Source: Flavobacteriaceae bacterium
Lineage (GTDB): Bacteria; Bacteroidota; Bacteroidia; Flavobacteriales; Flavobacteriaceae
Direction: 5' to 3'
Assembly (NCBI GenBank): GCA_049666645.1
Contig: JBATHI010000028.1
Location: 1 to 39,173 of the forward strand
Length of the DNA: 39,173 nt
Both the position numbers and the translations under genes were made by a program. Numbering within the stretch: the first letter of the stretch is position 1; the number at the start of each line of letters is the position of its first letter. Under the pieces are notes generated by a model. It had not been told where the DNA came from, ran no database searches, and worked only from the letters and a program-made list of their open reading frames with translations. Shown here piece by piece: positions 35,794 to 39,173 of the stretch.

Positions 35794-36840
35794 TTAAGCC
35801 CATTTTACATAGGCCCAATTCAAATGAAAGAGACCTACTACCATAATCATTGCAGTTTGGGGGTTGATCAGCAAAGCCAGGCACAAGCCTAGGATCAGGT
35901 AATAAACGGGTACCGCTAAAAGGGCAAAGGCAAAACGAAAAGTGGCCATGAACTCGGGTTCCCAAACCTTGCGCTTTAAACAAAACTTCCAGCCTAGCAC
36001 GATCGGCAGGTTCAACAAGCAGAACAGGGCAAAGAACAAGCGTGTCCGTATTTTTTTTTGCCTCCTTTTAGGTTCGATTGAATCAGGTTTCCCTGCCGCC
36101 AGGCGCGCAACAGTGGCATTCACTTCCTTGGGATTTAAATAATTCACCCCCATTACATCCAGTTTTACCACCATCCGGTCGTATTCGCTTAAATCCTCAA
36201 TGTGGGTCGTCAGGCCCATAAGCTTTCCCTTAACGGACCTTTTTATACGCTGGGTAGTTGCGGGAAGGTCATCGCCATCGAATAATTTTCGCAACGGAAG
36301 GGCGTCCCCGTAATGAACCGCTACCCGATCTGGGAATTCGGATGCCCGTTTATAGTTGAACCCGACGGGAAGCATATATAGATCCAGGTCAGGAGATAGG
36401 TTTTGAGCCATGAACAAAATGCGGATAAAGCCATTGCTCAAAGGGCGAACCCTTCTTTTCAGGTTATGGTTGGCTTCCGGAAAAATAACGATTGCCTCCC
36501 CTTGTGCGAGCAATCGGGCACATCTTGCGAATATTACCTCGTTTTGCCCGATGGTGTCCCTGCCATCCCGAATGCGATAAACGGGCATCATCTGTAAATA
36601 ACTGAAAAATCGGTTGAGCCATGGATTGGTGAAGACATCGGAACGCGTCAAAAAATAAGGTCTCCTATCGCAGCTGACCGCAATGAGCAATACATCGATG
36701 AGGGCATTTTGGTGATTGGGCAAAAAAAGGACAGGTCGATCGGCAGGAATCTTTTCCTTGCCCTGCAGTTCGATCTTCCCATAATAGAGGTATAAACTGT
36801 ACTTGATCCAAAGCTTCAATATCCCGTAACCGATCTTCAT
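35794..36840 (-). CDS. Lysophospholipid/glycerol acyltransferase family protein
   Basis: NHQNALID (HX4D), IFPEA, C-terminal TM helices. Confidence 0.9.
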   Translation of the reverse strand: MKIGYGILKLWIKYSLYLYYGKIELQGKEKIPADRPVLFLPNHQNALIDVLLIAVSCDRRPYFLTRSDVFTNPWLNRFFSYLQMMPVYRIRDGRDTIGQNEVIFARCARLLAQGEAIVIFPEANHNLKRRVRPLSNGFIRILFMAQNLSPDLDLYMLPVGFNYKRASEFPDRVAVHYGDALPLRKLFDGDDLPATTQRIKRSVKGKLMGLTTHIEDLSEYDRMVVKLDVMGVNYLNPKEVNATVARLAAGKPDSIEPKRRQKKIRTRLFFALFCLLNLPIVLGWKFCLKRKVWEPEFMATFRFAFALLAVPVYYLILGLCLALLINPQTAMIMVVGLFHLNWAYVKWA

Positions 36841-37760
36841 CTGGCCAGTTCTTCATTTTCCAACGCGCGATAGCCCCATACGCCGGCCAAAAGCAAACCG
36901 GTAACCAAATGCCAAATCCCCCAAAATGACGCAACGAGTGCCATACCGCCCAAACCGTCGAAAAAGGTAAAGATGAGCAAGAGGCCAAGCCCTGAATTTT
37001 GGATTCCGGTTTCGATGGTGATCGATCTTACATCCCTATCGGGCAATCTGAATCCTTTGGCGATCGTAAATCCAGCCGAAAAAGCCAAAAAGTTGTGCAG
37101 CACCACGATCCAAAACACATACCAAACATATTCCATGAAAATATCACGGTTGTTATAAAATGCCATAAAAATTAAGGATACAAAAAACATCAAGGAAACC
37201 ATTTTGAGGAGTTTGCCCATTCTTCGGGCCTGTTTGGGCCAATAATGGTTCACTGTCATGCCCAAAATCAATGGAATCAGAAGCAGCAAAGAGACCACCT
37301 TCACCATTTGCAAGGGTGAGATGGCGATTTCCCTTAAAATATCGGCCGATGGCCCATATAGCGACCCCCAAAATTGCAGGTTCAGGGGGGTAAAAACCAC
37401 TGCGAACAAAGTCGCGAAAGCAGTAAGGCTTATCGAAAGGGCGGTGTTTCCCTTGGCCAAATGGGTCATAAAATTTGAAACATTTCCGCCGGGACAAGCC
37501 GCTACCATGAACATTCCCAAAGCCATGCTCGCCATGGGCTGTATGATGATCACCAAAACGAAGGTCAAGGCCGGCAGCAGAGCGAATTGACCAAAGATAC
37601 CGACCATAATCGACTTGGGTTTTTTGACAATCCCCCTGAAATCGTTCGGGGAAATATGCAGGGCGATGCTGAACATCACCAGGGCCAGGGCAATATTCAA
37701 TACCCATTGAGCCTCGGCATCAAAATTGATATGAACGATATCTAAGGGGTTTTTACTCAA
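36837..37760 (-). CDS. Bile acid:sodium symporter family protein
   Basis: ACPGGNVSN, ETGIQNSGL, multiple TM helices; TTG 37760 inferred as start; ATGA overlap with the next gene. Confidence 0.9.
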   Translation of the reverse strand: MSKNPLDIVHINFDAEAQWVLNIALALVMFSIALHISPNDFRGIVKKPKSIMVGIFGQFALLPALTFVLVIIIQPMASMALGMFMVAACPGGNVSNFMTHLAKGNTALSISLTAFATLFAVVFTPLNLQFWGSLYGPSADILREIAISPLQMVKVVSLLLLIPLILGMTVNHYWPKQARRMGKLLKMVSLMFFVSLIFMAFYNNRDIFMEYVWYVFWIVVLHNFLAFSAGFTIAKGFRLPDRDVRSITIETGIQNSGLGLLLIFTFFDGLGGMALVASFWGIWHLVTGLLLAGVWGYRALENEELAR

Positions 37761-37764
37761 TATT

Positions 37765-38103
37765 TCATGCGATTTTGAGTCCGTTGGCCACCCGTTCTTC
37801 CGGCAGGAGCAAAACAACGTCTTGGCCATCGACCGCACCCAATATAAGACATTCACTCATAAAGTTTGCGATTTGTTTCTTTGGAAAATTAAGCACGGCC
37901 GCCACTTGTTTGCCCAACAACTGTGATTTGGCATAACGCTTTGTCAGTTGGGCCGATGACTTTTTTATGCCTATGTCCGGTCCAAAATCGATCTTGATCT
38001 GATAGGAGGCATTTCGGGCTTCGGGAAAATCATTCACTTCAATAATGGTACCGACGCGGACATCCACTTTTTCAAAGTCGGCCCATTGGATGGTTTCCTT
38101 CAT
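37765..38103 (-). CDS. csaA: tRNA-binding protein / CsaA-like chaperone
   Basis: DFEKVDVRVGTI, KSSAQLT, NFPKKQIANFMSECLILG. Confidence 0.88.
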   Translation of the reverse strand: MKETIQWADFEKVDVRVGTIIEVNDFPEARNASYQIKIDFGPDIGIKKSSAQLTKRYAKSQLLGKQVAAVLNFPKKQIANFMSECLILGAVDGQDVVLLLPEERVANGLKIA

Positions 38104-38213
38104 TTCGATTCTATTTCAAGTAATATTTCGTTGTCAAACAGCAGTTAAAAATAGCATTTATGGCAAAATTATTCCAAATACCTTTAACTTTATGGAAAGT
38201 AAAAACGTGAAAA

Positions 38214-38774
38214 ATGGCGAGAACGGCCAGTAATATGTTGCCTCTGGGCACAAAGGCACCCGATTTTATTTTGAAAGACACCGTCAGTGAAAAGATCTTG
38301 GGACTCCAAGCCTTAAAGGGAAGCAAGGGCACCCTGATCATGTTCATTTGCAACCATTGCCCCTTTGTGATCCATGTGAACCCCATGATAAGCGCTTTGG
38401 CCAAATTATATCAAGCCAAGGGAATAGCATTTGTTGCCATTTCAAGCAACGATATCGAAAACTACCCCCAAGACGCACCCCATCTGATGAAAATAAAGGC
38501 CAACGAAGCCGGCTATACATTTCCTTATTTATACGATGCCACCCAAGCGGTAGCAAAAGCCTATCAAGCGGCATGCACCCCAGATTTCTATTTGTTCGAT
38601 GGACAATTGGAACTGGTTTATCGGGGACAACTCGATGATTCCCGACCGGGCAACGGCATACCGCTCGATGGCCACGATCTGCGACAGGCCATGGATGCAC
38701 TATTGCAAGGAAGCCCAATCGATCCGGTTCAGAAACCCAGTATTGGCTGTAATATAAAGTGGAAAGCCCACTGA
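38214..38774 (+). CDS. Thioredoxin-like (AhpC/TSA) family protein
   Basis: FICNHCPFV, ACTPDF, YRGQLDDSRP, SIGCNIKW. Confidence 0.92.
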   Translation: MARTASNMLPLGTKAPDFILKDTVSEKILGLQALKGSKGTLIMFICNHCPFVIHVNPMISALAKLYQAKGIAFVAISSNDIENYPQDAPHLMKIKANEAGYTFPYLYDATQAVAKAYQAACTPDFYLFDGQLELVYRGQLDDSRPGNGIPLDGHDLRQAMDALLQGSPIDPVQKPSIGCNIKWKAH

Positions 38775-38780
38775 ACGGCC

Positions 38781-39173
38781 ATGGCAATCGAAACTCCGCG
38801 GAACCCTAAAAAAGGCTCGATTTCAAATATCAGCATCAAACCTTTGGAGGTAAGCCTTTACCAAACCTATATCGAGGTCGGTGTGCTGGCCTATCGACAA
38901 CATTACCTGCATTTATGGGAGGATCAAAATCCGGACCCCTATATCAATATTGCTTTTACCCTTGAGGTACTTCGAAACGAAGCCCTGAACTGCAATACCA
39001 AATTATTCCTGGTTTATAAGGACACCCTGGCGATCGGGATTTTAAAAATCAACCTTGAACATTCTTTGGGCCCCCATCCATCCACGGAAGTGCTTTTATT
39101 CGACAAGATTTATATCATGAAAGCGTATTCAGGACAGGGCGTGGGAAAAAAAGTTTTGGATTTTGTTGAGAAG
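38781..39173 (+). CDS. GNAT family N-acetyltransferase, 3'-truncated by window edge
   Basis: Manual translation from ATG 38781 is open to the window end: MAIETPRN...HYLHLW...KIYIMKAYSGQGVGKKVLDFVEK (acetyl-CoA motif A). Not in the ORF track because it has no stop. Confidence 0.85.
   Translation, partial: MAIETPRNPKKGSISNISIKPLEVSLYQTYIEVGVLAYRQHYLHLWEDQNPDPYINIAFTLEVLRNEALNCNTKLFLVYKDTLAIGILKINLEHSLGPHPSTEVLLFDKIYIMKAYSGQGVGKKVLDFVEK

Noticed and set aside
1..39173. CRISPR arrays, tRNA/rRNA, IS elements, prophage or defence genes
   Set aside because: No spaced repeats, RNA gene signatures or mobility/defence motifs seen; intergenic gaps are all under about 250 bp.

Overview
Gene-dense chromosomal window from a Bacteroidota bacterium, most likely Flavobacteriaceae. 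Evidence for this: type-B T9SS C-terminal domains, TAnnTTTG -7 promoter elements, AT-rich leaders without Shine-Dalgarno sequences, a stand-alone sucC and a long NusB. It holds about 38 CDS, mostly housekeeping (uvrB, sucC, lysA, guaB, HMG-CoA lyase, pyrD, pepT, nusB, yajC, csaA-like), plus peptidases, stress proteins and two tandem T9SS cargo proteins. I saw no rRNA, tRNA, CRISPR array, integrase or transposase. The best candidate for an undescribed system is a two-gene minus-strand unit at 16199-19752. It pairs a secreted DUF1080 (3-keto-disaccharide hydrolase family) protein with a large PVC-type beta-propeller/HEAT dehydrogenase-like protein that lacks the family's usual CxxCH heme-c domain and carries an N-terminal type-1 blue-copper domain instead. 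Notable non-coding signals are twin 23-bp inverted-repeat boxes bracketing the promoter of a FecA-like TonB receptor, a sigma54-like promoter with adjacent repeats upstream of hsp20, a structured hsp20 3' UTR, and an ECF-type promoter. All family assignments come from motif recognition by eye, not database searches.
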